From Carcharhinus longimanus (taxonomy: Eukaryota): a stretch of DNA of 64,000 bases. Below are positions 13,920 to 27,478 of this stretch, piece by piece. The DNA lies in assembly GCA_030264375.1 (NCBI GenBank), contig JASCQW010000061.1:73987452-74051451 (forward strand), read 5' to 3'. The notes under the pieces were generated by a model that saw nothing but the letters and a program-made list of their open reading frames with translations, ran no database searches and was not told the origin of the DNA. A program made the position numbers and the translations under genes. How positions within the stretch are numbered: position 1 is the first letter of the stretch; each line of letters starts with the position of its first letter.

Positions 13920-14795
13920 TGTGGTATCAGATGTAATACCTTCCCCTTTACTTCCTCACTTTTCAAGGCCCCAAACACTACTTCCAGGTGAAGTAGTGAT
14001 TTACTTGTACTACTTTCAATTTAGTCCACAGTATTCACTGCTCACAATGCGGTCTGTTCTGCAGTGGGGACATGAAACAGGCTGGATGACCACTTTGCAG
14101 AACACCTCCACTCAGTTCACAAGTATGAATCTGAACTTCCAGTTGCTTGTCATTTGTATCGCTCTCATGCCCACATTTCTGTCCTTGCCTGCTGCTGCAA
14201 CTCATCTTCTGATTGTGCACTTTGCAGCCTTTTTGACTCAACATTGAGTTCAACAATTGCACACCATGAACTCTGTCCTCTGTTTTGAACTTCTCTTCCC
14301 CTGTGTGCCAATTTGTATCTTGATCTCATGTTTTCCTTTCAGAAGGAGCTAGCCTTTATTCTGCTATTTACACCTACTCTGGACCAATGCTTTGTTTCTT
14401 TACTAATACCATTAGCACTCCATTTGCTTTTTGTTCCCAGGTGTCTTTGGTACTTAATCTCCCCTTCCCTCTAATCTATCCCTGACCTTCCCTTTTGTTC
14501 CACTTAACGTCCATACCCCACTTTTTCTCTCTTCAGTTCAGGTGAAAGGTCATAATGGATTTGAAATGTTAAGCAAAAGCAGAAAATGCTGGAAAATCTC
14601 AGCAGGTCTGACAGCATCTGTGGAGAGAGAATAGAACTAATGTTTTGAACCTGGATGACGCTTTGTCAGAACAGTTTTGATCATAGGAATGTAACTCTGT
14701 TACCCTCTCCATGGATGCTGCTAGACCTGCTGAGTTTTTCAAACACTTGCGGTTTTCATTTCAGATTTCCAGCGTCTGCAATGTGGCTTTTATTA
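13920..14795 (+). mobile_element. Penelope-like retroelement remnant (GIY-YIG endonuclease region plus terminal repeat, with an inverted terminal copy at ~14573-14672)
   Basis: Degenerate translation QGPKHYFQVK**FTCTTFNLVHSIHCSQCGLF.SG../RLDDHFAEHLHSVHK.ESELPVACH matches the PLE GIY-YIG pattern (CxxC, RL..R..EH, PVA.H). The terminal sequence gatgctgc.agacctgctgag is present in both orientations. Confidence 0.8.
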
Positions 14796-17700
14796 CACTG
14801 ATTAGTCAATCTGTTCTGAGACTATAACAGTGATATAAATGCAATAGCATACCTTAAGAGTAATCTCCAGCTTGTTTTAGAATAAATCTCAAATTCTGCT
14901 TTTGAATATTATTATAAACAGTTGTGTACTGATGGCCTTCCACAAAAATGTGATGAAAATCAAGCACTGACTTGCATGGACCACAACAAGAATGTGAAGT
15001 ATGTATCCAGTATCTTGTAATATCAAATCCTACCGTGAGTGTGTGTGCGCCTGTTTACCTAATTCAGCCCCCTGCCCCCAATACCCCCAGCCACATCCAT
15101 GTTGACGGTCCTTCATTCAGATGAAAGAAAGAATTTTTGAATGCTCAGGAATATTATGCTATGATACGGCACTGACATTTCCTTTAGTAATAGCAGGGAT
15201 GCAGATTATTTAGGATGGAGCCTATTTCTATCAGTATTCTTTTCCTACAGTATGGTCTAAAATGCTCCTGTGGGAAAATGCATTTTGTTTTTTTTAAAAG
15301 AATCAACCGTAGACTTGGCATTACAGCAAAAGCATACCATTTCAATTGGATTTCACTTTCAGGCTGTTCTTTGAGCAAATGGAAACATCTATATTATGAT
15401 TCAGATTTATTTTGGGTGCTGCCACAAATATCATATCTGCAGTAATGATACCGTCATATTTATTGGTCATGCAAAACTGGCAAATTGTGCAGTGTGTCCC
15501 AGGTTCCTATGACACCACAAGACTTTGTCATTGCACAATAGTTTAAAACAGGTGATGGTTTATCAACAATGTTTATATCTCTGGCGATTTTTATTTCAAT
15601 GTTAAACCTGCTCCATGTTATACCATTGCAAAAGATCAAAATCTGCTTTTTTCCATAATATCAATGTAAATGATCCTATAACAAAGTGCAGTGACACAAA
15701 ACTGCATTTATGATTATTTTACAGCAAACCTACTATGATCGCAAGTGACTGATTTTGTTGTCAACAATAGTGCATCTCAGTTTAGGTTTACATAGAATAC
15801 CCATCCTCAGTAAGAAACAGTCACACACAATAAGACTTCATCTGATCTTAGATCACCAAATATTTATTCCAATCTTTTTTAGGTCACCTTTCATGATATT
15901 GTTACAGGACACTCACTGTGGCTAGAACCTCATTATAATCCACATAATGTAACACTTTCAAAGCATAAGTCTTAGTGAAGGTGAGATCTATATCCCAGTA
16001 GTAATGCTTTTAACTTCCAGCTGGAACATGATAGTTTTGTCAGTATGTCAGAGGTTTTTGTCCTTGGGTCATTATTATCTACCCATAAGAAGAAGGCAGA
16101 GTTTGATCTCGTGGAAGAGATTGAAAGCTGCTCCTTTGGGCAGTTGAAGTCTGACATCAAGATACAGTTTCCAGAGTCAAAATTAGAGTAAACAAAAATC
16201 ACAGGTCAGATTTTCCAACCTTGTCTGCAGCTGGGGTTCTCCAGTCCCACTGCAGTGTACGGAGATTTTGTTCAGCGCCAAATTCTCCATTCTCGCAGTC
16301 AGCAGCAGCGGAGCACGAACGGCCAAAGAATCCAAACATACATCTCCAAAGTTGGAGACGAAGGTGAAGAGAAGGATTTCACACACACTCACTTTTTCCT
16401 ACCTTATCAATCTGGATTTTTTTTTCTAGTCAATCCATAGTTGTATGTTTTACATTTTCTGCTTTATCTTGTAAATCTGATGTCCATCATTACTTTAAAT
16501 GTTTCTTCAGGTAAAACTAGTAACTATTTTTAATAAATGGAAGAGGTGTTTAAAGCTGGTAGAGTAGCAATGTTCATTCAGAGTGTCTAGCCAACGACTC
16601 CCACATCCCATGAATGAATAAAAAAAATTCAAACCATTTTCATTTGAAGGTGGCATTTGAACTTGATTCCCTCAGAGAGCTTTTATGCTTTATATGGTGA
16701 AAGGGGAAGTTTCTTGCTCTTGACCCTGCATGGAACCATTTGCAATATTAGAGTGCTCTATCAATGGAAGGAGACACCTTGAGGATAGCAGGACTAATTC
16801 TGCCCTCTAGGAATTCATTTCCCATTGGACAGTGACACCATTGCTAGACTGACTTGGCTGATGACTGAAGACGGTGAGGGGAAAAGGGGGCACGTTTTCC
16901 GGCAGAGGGAAATGTAAAGTAAAATATTATGAATAATTTTAGTCAAAGCTTAATGGGCTTTAGGCATTAATTGTGGTTACCTTCCAAACAGCATGTGCAA
17001 AATATGGACTAAAAACATTCAAGTGACTAGAACTAGATTCTGATAGCCCCTTGTTAAAATGCACTCGATAAATGTTAATTTTATTCTGATGATTAATGCT
17101 CTTGTGCCATTTTCCATAACATATATTTTAACCTTTTTAAATCAAAAATGTTGTTCAAAGTCACCTTTTACTGTGCGTTTCATTTCCAGAATAAAAGTAG
17201 CATATATTTAAACTGTAATTAATACCATTTAGGTTTTCCTGATGAAAGCAGATTAGGAAATGAATCATTGCTCAAGCATAAGCTTATGATATTCGGCATG
17301 ACTGAGAATGTGATATATCTATTACGAAAAGACAGTTAAAAATATCATTGAATTCACTTTGGAGATCACCTAACCCTGGAGTTTCTGCTAATTAATTTTG
17401 ATTATAATTAAGAAAAGCTACAGCTCCAACATTCAGGATGGCAGTATGCCTGTTTTTACCACAGCATGTAATAAACCCTGTGCATTAAAAAGTACTCTGA
17501 GCTCTACTTAGACCCTGTGGTCCTGAAAGTCTCACTTTTTAAAATGAGAAACGTATTAGGCAAATAGACTGCCGTGTCCTCCTTCAGCCGTTAATTTGAT
17601 ACACTTCCTTATAACCAGGGAAATATTACTTGATCATTCTTCTTAATTTCTGCAGTACATGACTTCACATTTAGTTGGAGATACAACATGAAAAGTAAAG

Positions 17701-20582
17701 CCGTCTTTTAAACTAAATGTAAAAACTGTGAGGTAAAAACCGTGCAGTAAAAACCGTGCAATTTCTTCTCAAACCAGATAGGATTTTGTTTCTGAGTGAA
17801 AATATACTACAAGCAGGATGTATCATTTTAATGCACATAGGAGTCATTTTGAAAAGGTTTAAAGTATATGTATTTCCATAAACAGCTTCTCGTTTCTAAT
17901 AAACCTCTGTTGCTCTTGTCCAAATATTTTCTTTTTGCTGCATTCAAACAAATAGAGAGGTAGCAAGATAAAAAAAATGTATCTGGTGAACAGTTTACCT
18001 CCGAGGTTTATTTGTTTGTGGCATGTTGGAATCCTCTAAAGTTATAGCCTCAGCACTGCTGTTTGCTATTAAGTTGATGGGGAGAGTCTATCCCACAGTT
18101 GCTCTGTGCTGCTGACATAAAGTCTTTGTTCACATTCAGATTAGTCAAACTGTTGTGAGGGTCAGGCCAGGGTCAGACTCCATGATGATGTATAGGAGAA
18201 CATGTCTGGGAATTTCTCTCGCTCTTAAAACACATACCAGAAAGGCAGAAGAGAAACCGAGCAAACTGACTGATGAGACCCAGATGATAGTTACTCTTAC
18301 TGGGTTCATAATTTGCCTTTTAACACACCATGTTTTATTAATGTGTGCCGTGATAGCCTTGAAAATTTCATGTCCCCCGAAGGTAAGGACACTCCGTGAC
18401 ACTTCATTTCCTTGCCCACGGGAAATGGGTCAGTAAATCCAGTAAAAAAGAACAATGCATAAATTCCCGAGGATGAGAAAGAAAGGTCTCTCACAAGCTT
18501 TCTAAGGTTGTAGGGCCCGACACTGGATATGAGCTGTGCGCGCACTTCGCATTAACAGTTCTATCAGGTCATGATCACAGACGCGCAGCAGCCCAAACTG
18601 TGCTCCCCTACCACCTTTACAAATATAGCCTTGTCCACCTACTGCGACCAGCCAGCTCGCAGAGTCTCCACTTTGATTAACAATCAGGATTGGAAAATAC
18701 TGAAACACCACCAGTGAGACAAATAAGAGAAGTAAATGCAGTCCAATAGAGTTTGGAAACCAATTCTAATCAGTCTGAACTGGGTTAATCTGTGCACATC
18801 AAGGTACAAATCAATTTAGATCAATCTGTTTTTAACACACCCTTGAGATGGATTAAAAGAGATCAGTTTAAAATGATCCCATTTCTTGTCTCCATGTAAA
18901 GGCAAAACCTATTCATATCAAATCTAATACATACAGCAAATAAATTGAAAAATAAAATTAAACAATCTGTACTTGTGTGTAAAAGCAAACATAGCATGTG
19001 ATATATGCATAGAATATTTTGAATCCACTGATTGAGCACAGCACTCAGGTTTATTATTTCTACATTTCAGAATTTTGGAATGCTGTCACCCAAAAGTCAT
19101 CTTAGTGCTAAACTAGCAATTTTTGCAACCGGCTGCAGCTTATGACAGGGAATATTTCACCCTGCTGTCAGAACACTATCAATAAAACATAGCATTCAGA
19201 GTGTGTTCATTTCTCCCCCTTCAATCACTAGAGCATTTGCAATGAAAATGTTATGTTATATTTATTCCTGAGCTGATGTGTTGTGCATAAATGTAAAATG
19301 AAATAATAATATGGGATGTAAGGGGTTAACTTGTCTTAGTCAGTTAACAAAAACATTGCTTATCAAACAACAACTGGGGAGGGGCGGTGGGGGGGGGGGG
19401 GGGTAGGATATGTCACTNNNNNNNNNNNNNNNNNNNNNNNNNNNNNNNNNNNNNNNNNNNNNNNNNNNNNNNNNNNNNNNNNNNNNNNNNNNNNNNNNNN
19501 NNNNNNNNNNNNNNNNNAGGATAACCTGGGTAGTATATGTCAGTGAGCTCAGGACCTGTTCACTTCCTCAGGGTCAATTCTTCTGGTTATTAAGATTTTA
19601 TGAATCTGATGAGTGCAGTCTTTTGCTTTGACTGACAGAATACTGCGCCATTTTGTTTCCATCACCTAATTTGTTTAATTCCTACCGGGATTTGCAAATA
19701 TGATTTTTATTTTGAAATGCAATGAGCGCAGCATGCAGTGCTGTGGGAGTTGCAGGACTGGTTATCTGGCATTACTCAGACTGCTAAAAATTCATTAAAA
19801 TGTGACACCAACACAGTGAGAGACAAATGATCACAGGATGAAAAGGAACAGTGGGCATTTCATGGATTAGTGCTGCGTAACCCTAGCCATGCAGCTAACT
19901 GCATAAACAGATTAATCCAGCACGATTACAACTTGGAGGAATATAGAACTATTTAAATTGGTGTCAGCTTTTGCATTTATAGAGTTGGATATGGATATAG
20001 ATGGAGTTACACAATGCAATCGGTCGATCGCAAACGTTTTAAATGGGCATCAACTGAAAGTTGTTTGAGAGAATATTAAATTGCATCTGAAGGAGTGCCC
20101 CCTATGGACAGCCATCTTTTCTAAAATGAATCAGACATTTTCCAATCAACACAAAATGGCCAAAGAGCTAAATTAGTTCAATCTTATATTGTGGCGTTCA
20201 GTAAATGTTGTGCTTGATTATATTCAATTATATACTGTTAATAAAATCCCACCTACAGGTATCAACAAATGTAGATATGTTTTGGAATCGTTTTTATGAA
20301 TGTTGTGAGAAAATGTCTAAAGTTTAACATTAACTTGATTTTGCATCCAGATATACAATTAACTACATTACTCTGGATATACAAGTGGTAAATAGTATTT
20401 TACTTTGACTTAACCTTTCAATAATGAGAAAAGGCTTTGAAATTAGTGTTGGGCTGCATATGCTATTTGTTTTTTTTCCAATCTATAAAGTACAGGATAC
20501 AGAATGAAGTAAATGTTTCCCCTAAACAAACCCTGCAGTTTGTAATCTGCTTTCCTAATCTCCCTCACATTTTTAATTGCAG

Positions 20583-20702
20583 ATGAGCAAAGTGAAGACT
20601 CTGAAGGCCCTGGTAAAACCACTGTTTCAGCTGGTGCTCCTGATAACAAGGACAAAACTGAAAAAGACAACAAAGAAAACAAGAAGTCTAACAAAGACTC
20701 TG
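20583..20702 (+). CDS. ZFHX4: ZFHX4 internal coding exon, 120 bp, phase 1-1 (DEQSEDSEGPGKTTVSAGAPDNKDKTEKDNKENKKSNKDS)
   Basis: Acceptor ctccctcacatttttaattgcag and donor TG|gtaata. The frame is open and the peptide resembles the ZFHX4 linker EEQSEE...NSNKDS as I recall it. Phase matches the next exon. Confidence 0.88.
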
Positions 20703-23700
20703 GTAATACTTGTAGATTTTGTCATTTTTCCATATTAAATTTTCTTTGATCTTAAAATTATTTGCACAGTTCCCCTCCCCCATCTCAATTATATTCGTCA
20801 CATGTGTGTTTTACATGTGATTTCTATCAGTAGCCTCACGCTGACCTACTTTTAATCATAACCATCTGACAGGATAGATGCGGATAAGTTGAAGAATATT
20901 ACAGAATGGCCAGTGAGATTATTTTTTAATCAAATAAGTTTGCGTGCTTGTAATTTTAAGCGCCTTTCATTAATCTTTGCTGTACTTGTGATTCCTCTGA
21001 TGACATATTAATTTTGTTTAAGCCCAGGATTAGATACCAATCATGTATTTTTTCCATTATGGTGAGGCATATCAGTATCACTGACCAGAGGCCTTTCAGC
21101 CTACTTATTTTTTAGTCATTTTCCTTAGTAATACAAAGCAGCCTTCTCTACCTGAGCAATAAATTCTGAATTAATGCTTTTTGCAGAAGTTGTACTCCTA
21201 TAATCGCATCTTGTATAAAACCAGCATCTGGTATAAATACCACAGCCTCTGTTCTCTATTTTATTTGGCGGATATTGCAGGATGCATGATTTGCTTTTTG
21301 TCGTCTAAGTTTGTATTTTTTTGATTTTTGTATCAAGGAGAAAACTGTGGTCAAAAATTAATATTACGTGAGCTGCCTTTACAGCACGCAAGGTGGTTAA
21401 ATTATGTTGACTGCAATGAAGCCAAAGCGCTGAAATAGGTTAAAAAACTATTGACTCCAGGTAACTCGATGTCCTTTTATATCCAGAAGACACATCAGCT
21501 CAAAAATGAGTCTGAAAATAAATAAACTTTTTTATTTGAGGGATAAAAAGGAACACCGCTGCCTTACATAAAGATCAAAAAGGGAAGTTTAGTAAGCATT
21601 TACTAAGTGGTAACTTTATTGACACAACTGCAACAAGGCAGTTTCAATTTCGGCCAAATTGACATGCGCCACATAGATTTTCACTTTTTTCAATTAAATT
21701 TGGACAGTTTCAAAATCCTTTCAGATTATGCCATATTCTAAAATAGAACCCAATGAGGAGCTAAACCTTGTCATCTTGTTTTTAGCATTAGAGCACTTGT
21801 GTCACGATGTTGTTGAATGCATAAGTTTATCTCAGTAAATGGTACAGTGGAATAATCAGGAAGCAGAGTTCAAGCAGCTTTTATTGGGCTGAAAATTCAT
21901 CTGGTGAAGCAGAACTCACCAATATCTCATTTATATTGGCATTTTAATCTAGCATCACTTTAGATTAATTATAATCAGAATTGCATTTTCAATGCAAATG
22001 TATTAATCTGGATAAACTCCAGATTAATCCTGCAATACATTGATGTAATGTGTCTCTGACAGGGATTAAGGGAACAGTTTTCATAATACAGTTTACACAA
22101 GTAAGATGTAAATTTACCTTAATTATTCCAAGCAAAATTACCAACAGACATATCTTAGTTTGTGAGCAAGCATTCCTTATTCAGAAACATTAATATATTT
22201 TTATTATTTAAAAATAATTTAGGCATGTGCTAAGAAGTGAAACATTAATTCTTGATGCATTGAATTAAAACTAAGACATCAAGGACACAGAACTTATGAA
22301 GACAAATCTAATTTTTTTCCCTAAGTTTCTTTATGGCCAATCAAAGGCTTTGTAAAATACTGTTAAAAATATTCTCATCCAACTGTAGGCATGCTAGTGC
22401 AAAGTTTGAGCTTTGGGCTTGACGCATGACTTAGTTTGACATTAAAATGCTGCCATTTGAACCATGGGTCAGCAATGGTTAACCTACTTTTCCATCTCTG
22501 TATTTCATATCAATGACAAGAGATGTAAAATACAATGGAAAAGCACTACACTTGCTGTTGTATTTCACTTAACTGCAATCGTTTAAAATTTTTGAAGCCA
22601 ATTAACTAATGATGGACTGTATTAGGGAGTTAATACTAAAATTCACATTCAAACAATGTTTTGGATTTAGTATTTCTGTATTTTTGTGGATTAATAAACG
22701 TTCTGAGGATCAGAAAATCTCTATATTTTTACAGTCAGCATCTGAACTGTACGGAATGTTTAATATTTGTAGGTTAAAAACAAAAGAGCCTATTTGCATC
22801 TTTGAAAGCCAAGAATGTTGCACAAAGTATTAAATTAAAGCCTCTTTGTTGCATGAGGTAAATACTATGTAAATATGAAATTTGTGATGCTGTAAATGTA
22901 GTTAATGCATTCAGCTTGTCGGAGGCAAAGGCACTTCTCTTCTGGGTTGAAGTATTCCAAACATCATCACTCACAAGATTCAAAATAATATTTTAATATT
23001 CAGATTTTAAAATATTCTTAGCTGTCTTATAATTAAGTTGCAAGGAGGCGTGGTTTTGATATATTAACTATACATTGTGCTGTCAATTGTATCTATAAGT
23101 TCATGATTATGTTAATAATGGGTCAGTATTACAAAACGGTACTAATAAGCAAATCTTAATATGATTTTCAAAAATGTACCTAAGGGCAGTGGTAATGTCA
23201 CCCTTGAACAGAAGTAACTAACAGTCCTGTACTTTTGTTTCATATCTTCAGTTCTTTGCTTCAGGAGTGTTTTAGCCAAGTGGCCCCCAGATTGTTCTTT
23301 CTCATTTGTCTTCTCTCTTTTAGGTACTTAAAGAGATTGTTTGATTCTCTCACTTTGGACGCTCTCATCATCTGTTCAGCAATAATCCTGTTAGAAACAC
23401 TTTGCATTGGTTTCCAGATACTATATTAGGATTATCTGGTCCTTTGTATCACTGAGCATTTTAATGCTTGTGGCTATTNNNNNNNNNNATAACACATGGT
23501 TATGCAATAAATAAAGCATGGCAAGAAGATTATTTGTGCCCACAAGATAACAATTGGAACTGTATACTAACTAGATGATTCTACGTTAATAGTGCCACAT
23601 TATCTTCAAGTAGATAAGCAATGTCAGGGCTATTTTTGATAATCAAATCTCTCAGACAGCAGCAATCAGCAACCAGGTTAATTGCCTGACTTGTAGACTG

Positions 23701-24679
23701 GATTCTTGCTGTGCAAATATCACACAGTGCATTTTGTTTTGTTGTAATTGACCAAGCAACCAGGATCATGAAGAACCTGTGTCAATCTGAGAAATATCAT
23801 GTGGCAGCTACTTAGAATAGTGCATTATTGTTAGAGGTGAAAATAAAATGAGGTCAGAATACATACATAAGCAGAAACAATTTTGTGTTAAGGAATGTGA
23901 CAGCAAGCTCTAAAGCTGAGTATTAACCATAATGTTAATAAAAATTAAATGTCAGCCATAAATGTAATATGCACTGCTTAAGGACTTGCTTGTCAAAAGA
24001 TAGCATTTATGAAGTAAAAGTATTTGTCTGCAGACAAAAAGATAGGTATGATTTTTTTCTCTACTAATGATAGCTCTTGTCATGAAGACCTTTCTAAGAA
24101 CATGCAATTGGAATAATTTAGATATATTAGGATTTACATAGTGTCATCTGTTTAAAATGGCTTCACTCTCCTGTGTTTCATTTAAATTTATTGTGTGTTC
24201 ATCGCATAGTATATTCTTTTTATATCCATATTTATATATAATATATTTTATATTGGTATCTGGTGCCTATTGATTGTTCATATTCATTGCATTACGGGAT
24301 GCAGTTGTCCACTGATGCTGTTCCCAGCTTCACAATAATTGAGTTTCAAACTGGCTGGAAGGTGGTGAACATTGAAAGTTAAAATTAAAAGTGCTTATAA
24401 TAAAAAGCTGAAGAAAATATCAGATGCTGAGCAGGGATGAGATTGTAAAGGTTGGTAAATGAGCTTTTCTGTTTGCCATGAGATGTATGTGACATGCCTA
24501 CCCAACATCGGTGTAATATCCAGATTCAAATAAAAGATTATCCAGCAATTTGATTTTGGAAAGAATACTATGATAGGCTGTAAGATCAGCATTGCACTCT
24601 TGAAACTAATGTGCTTTTTTTTCTATTTTGTGCCAAAAAGCAGGCTAGAGATTCATTCCAAGTATTTGTATTGTAGGGC

Positions 24680-24920
24680 AGTACAAGGACCCAGGTTCAA
24701 TTCCTGGTTTGGGTTATTATCTGAGCAGAGTCTACACATCCTCCCTGTGTCTACGTGGGTTTCCTCTGGGTGCCCCCACAGTCTGAAAGGTGTGCAGGTT
24801 AGGTGCATTGGTCATGCTAAATTCTCCCTCTGTGTACCCGAACAGGCATCAGAGTGTTTCACAGTAACTTCATTGCAGCGTTAATGTAAGCCTACTTGTG
24901 ATACTAATAATAAACATAAA
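24680..24920 (+). mobile_element. V-SINE-type element with a different 3' tail
   Basis: V-like core (ctccctgtgtctacgtgggtttcctctggg) followed by acagtaacttcattgcagcgttaatgtaagcctacttgtgatactaataataaa instead of the CR1-like tail. Confidence 0.75.
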
Positions 24921-25579
24921 CTTATCACAGGTAGCACAGATTTACCATATATACGGTAGCATACTGGGTATGTTATGTGACCAGTGAGTCGAAGCCTAGA
25001 TAAATGATACGAGACATAAGTTAAAATCCCACCATAGCNNNNNNNNNNNNNNNNNNNNNNNNNNNNNNNNNNNNNNNNNNNNNNNNNNNNNNNNNNNNNN
25101 NNNNNNNNNNNNNNNNNNNNNNNNNNNNNNNNNNNNNNGCCTAGATAAATGATACGAGACATAAGTTAAAATCCCACCATAGCAATTAGGAAATATCAAA
25201 TCGTTGTAAAATCCATCTGGTTCAGTAATGTTCTTCAGGGAAGAAAATTGGCCTTCCTTTCCTGGTCTGACCTATATGTGATTGCAAACCCACTGCAAAA
25301 TAGAATCTGGCACCCAGCCAAATCTCCGTTCACTGCAGCGGGATGGGAAAATCCTGCCGTCGTGAATGGCCATAACATTCCAGCCAAAGTCTCATCTTCA
25401 CACTGAGAATACCCTCTCTCAGGTTAGGAGGCACCTCTGCTGGACTAGAGGAAAGTTTCAGAACAGAGATAAGCAGCTCAAAACTGAGCATCTCTGAGGC
25501 AGTGTGGACCCTCATCATTAACAGAATTGTATTCCACCATAATCTGTAACCTCATTGCCCAGTGTAGAACTCCCTCTAC

Positions 25580-27478
25580 TTTTGCTAGGGGGAGCAACTG
25601 TGGTTCAATAAAAAATGCAAAAGAGCGTGCCAGGAGCAGCATTTTGCTCAGCTAAAAATGAGATGTCACCCTGGTGAAGCTACAGTATAGGACTGCATGC
25701 CTGCTGCAGTCAGAGCTAAACAATCTCACAATCAACAATCAGATCAAAGCTTTGCAGTCCTGCGACATCCAACTGTAAATGGTGATCGATAATTTAAAAA
25801 TTAATGTGTGGAGGAATCTCTATGAACATCGCCATCCTCAATGATAGCAGAGTCCAACGCATAAGTGCAAAATACAACTGAAGCGCAAGTTCCGAGTGGA
25901 TAATTCATTCCAACCTCATCCTCGAGTCCCCACTATGGTTGATGCCAGTCATCAGCCAATTTGATTAATTCCACAGGATATTAAGAAACAGCTGAGCATA
26001 CTGGATACAAAACAAGCTAGGACTCTATCAGCATGCTGACTATACTTCTTAAGATATAGCTGCAGAACTAGCCATGCTCTTGTCCAAGCTATTTCAGCAC
26101 GGCTATAACACTGGCATCTTCTTAAGAAGTGGAATATTGCCGAAGCATGCTCTGTGCACAAAAGCAAGACAAATCCACTCTGGCTATTTACTATGCCATT
26201 GGTCTACTCTCAGTTATCAGCACATTGATGACAGATATCACCAACAATGATGCCATTGCTCTACAATGCTCAGTTTGAGTTTCATCTGACTAACCAGCTC
26301 CAGACCTCATTACATTCTTGGTCCAAACATGGACAAGAACTGAATTTAAGAGGTGATGCAAGAGTGACTACCCTTGGCGCCAAGGCAGCTTTTGGCTGAG
26401 TGTAGCATCAAGGAATTCTGATTAAATTAAGGTCAGTGGAAATGAGGGGAAAACTCACCACTGGTTGGAGTCATACCTTGCACAAAGGAAGATGGTTATG
26501 GTTGTGGGAGGTTAATCACCTAAGCTATAATTGCAGTTCCTCAGGGTAGCATCCTGGACCCAACAATCTTCAGCTGATTCATTATTAACCTTCCCTCCAT
26601 CATAATGTCAGAAGTGGGGATGATCATTGATGATTACACAAATGTTCAGTTACATTTGCAGCTTCTTAGATAATGAAGCAGTCCATGGCTGCATGCAGCA
26701 ATACCTGGGCAAATTCACGCTTGGGCTGATAAGTCATAGGTCACATTGCGTCACGCAAGTGCCAGGTAATAACCATCTCCAATGAGAGAGAATAAGTATG
26801 TCTGCTTGACGTTCAAAAGCATCAGCACTATCAGATTCCCCACTATCAATATCCTGAAGATCATCATTAACTAAAAACATGTCTGAACCAGCTGCATAAA
26901 TATTGCAGTGACTAGCGCAGGTCCAAGGCTGGGTTCCCGCAGTGAATAATTCACCTCCTGACTCACCAAAACCTTTGCACTATTTACAAGTCAAGAGTGT
27001 GATGGAATACCCTCATCTAACTTTGAGTACAACTCCATTAACACACAAGAAGCTCAACAATGTACAGGACAATGCACCCTACTTGACTGGCATCCCATCC
27101 ATTACCTTAAGCATTCACTCTGTCCACTCACATGACTGCACATATACCATCTACAAGATGCACTGCAGCAAATTGCCATGGATTCTTCAACAGCACTTCT
27201 CAAACTCATGATGTCAACAATCTTGAAAAGCAAGGCCGTCAAGCACTCAGGAACACAAACACCTCCTCAAAGATTCTCTCCAAGTCACATACCATTCCAA
27301 CTTGGAAATACATTGTTGTTCTTTTGTCAATGGGTCAAAATATTAGAACTCCCGCCTTCACCACTCTGTCTCTCATAGTTCAAGAAGGCAGCTGACCATC
27401 TCCCTTTCAAGGATAATTAGGAATGTCCATTACATGCTGACCATACCATTGATGCCCATAACCCGTCAATGAAAAAAT
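25580..27478 (+). mobile_element. Decayed non-LTR retrotransposon (CR1/L2 group), RT region to 3' end
   Basis: Broken RT motifs: LSKLFQ.GYNTGIF..W..A....VHK.QDKS, vPQGSILdP, and a degenerate ADD site near 26627. A-rich tail at ~27470; many stops and frameshifts. Confidence 0.8.

Noticed and set aside
15972-16202. Minus-strand ORF with CILMSDFNC, like the APE endonuclease GDFN motif
   Set aside because: A single degenerate motif; the other APE motifs could not be traced convincingly.
17733-17760. Short tandem duplications (gtaaaaaccgtgca x2; similar at ~10451, 29383, 30547/30596, 48439, 54125)
   Set aside because: Two-copy local duplications with no array structure; ordinary slippage or repair products.
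19376-19406. G-quadruplex-like G run
   Set aside because: A homopolymer next to an assembly gap; its length is unreliable and nothing else supports function.
24994-25183. 45-bp direct repeat, possibly CRISPR-like or a TSD
   Set aside because: The two copies sit exactly on either side of an N gap, typical of overlapping contig ends.
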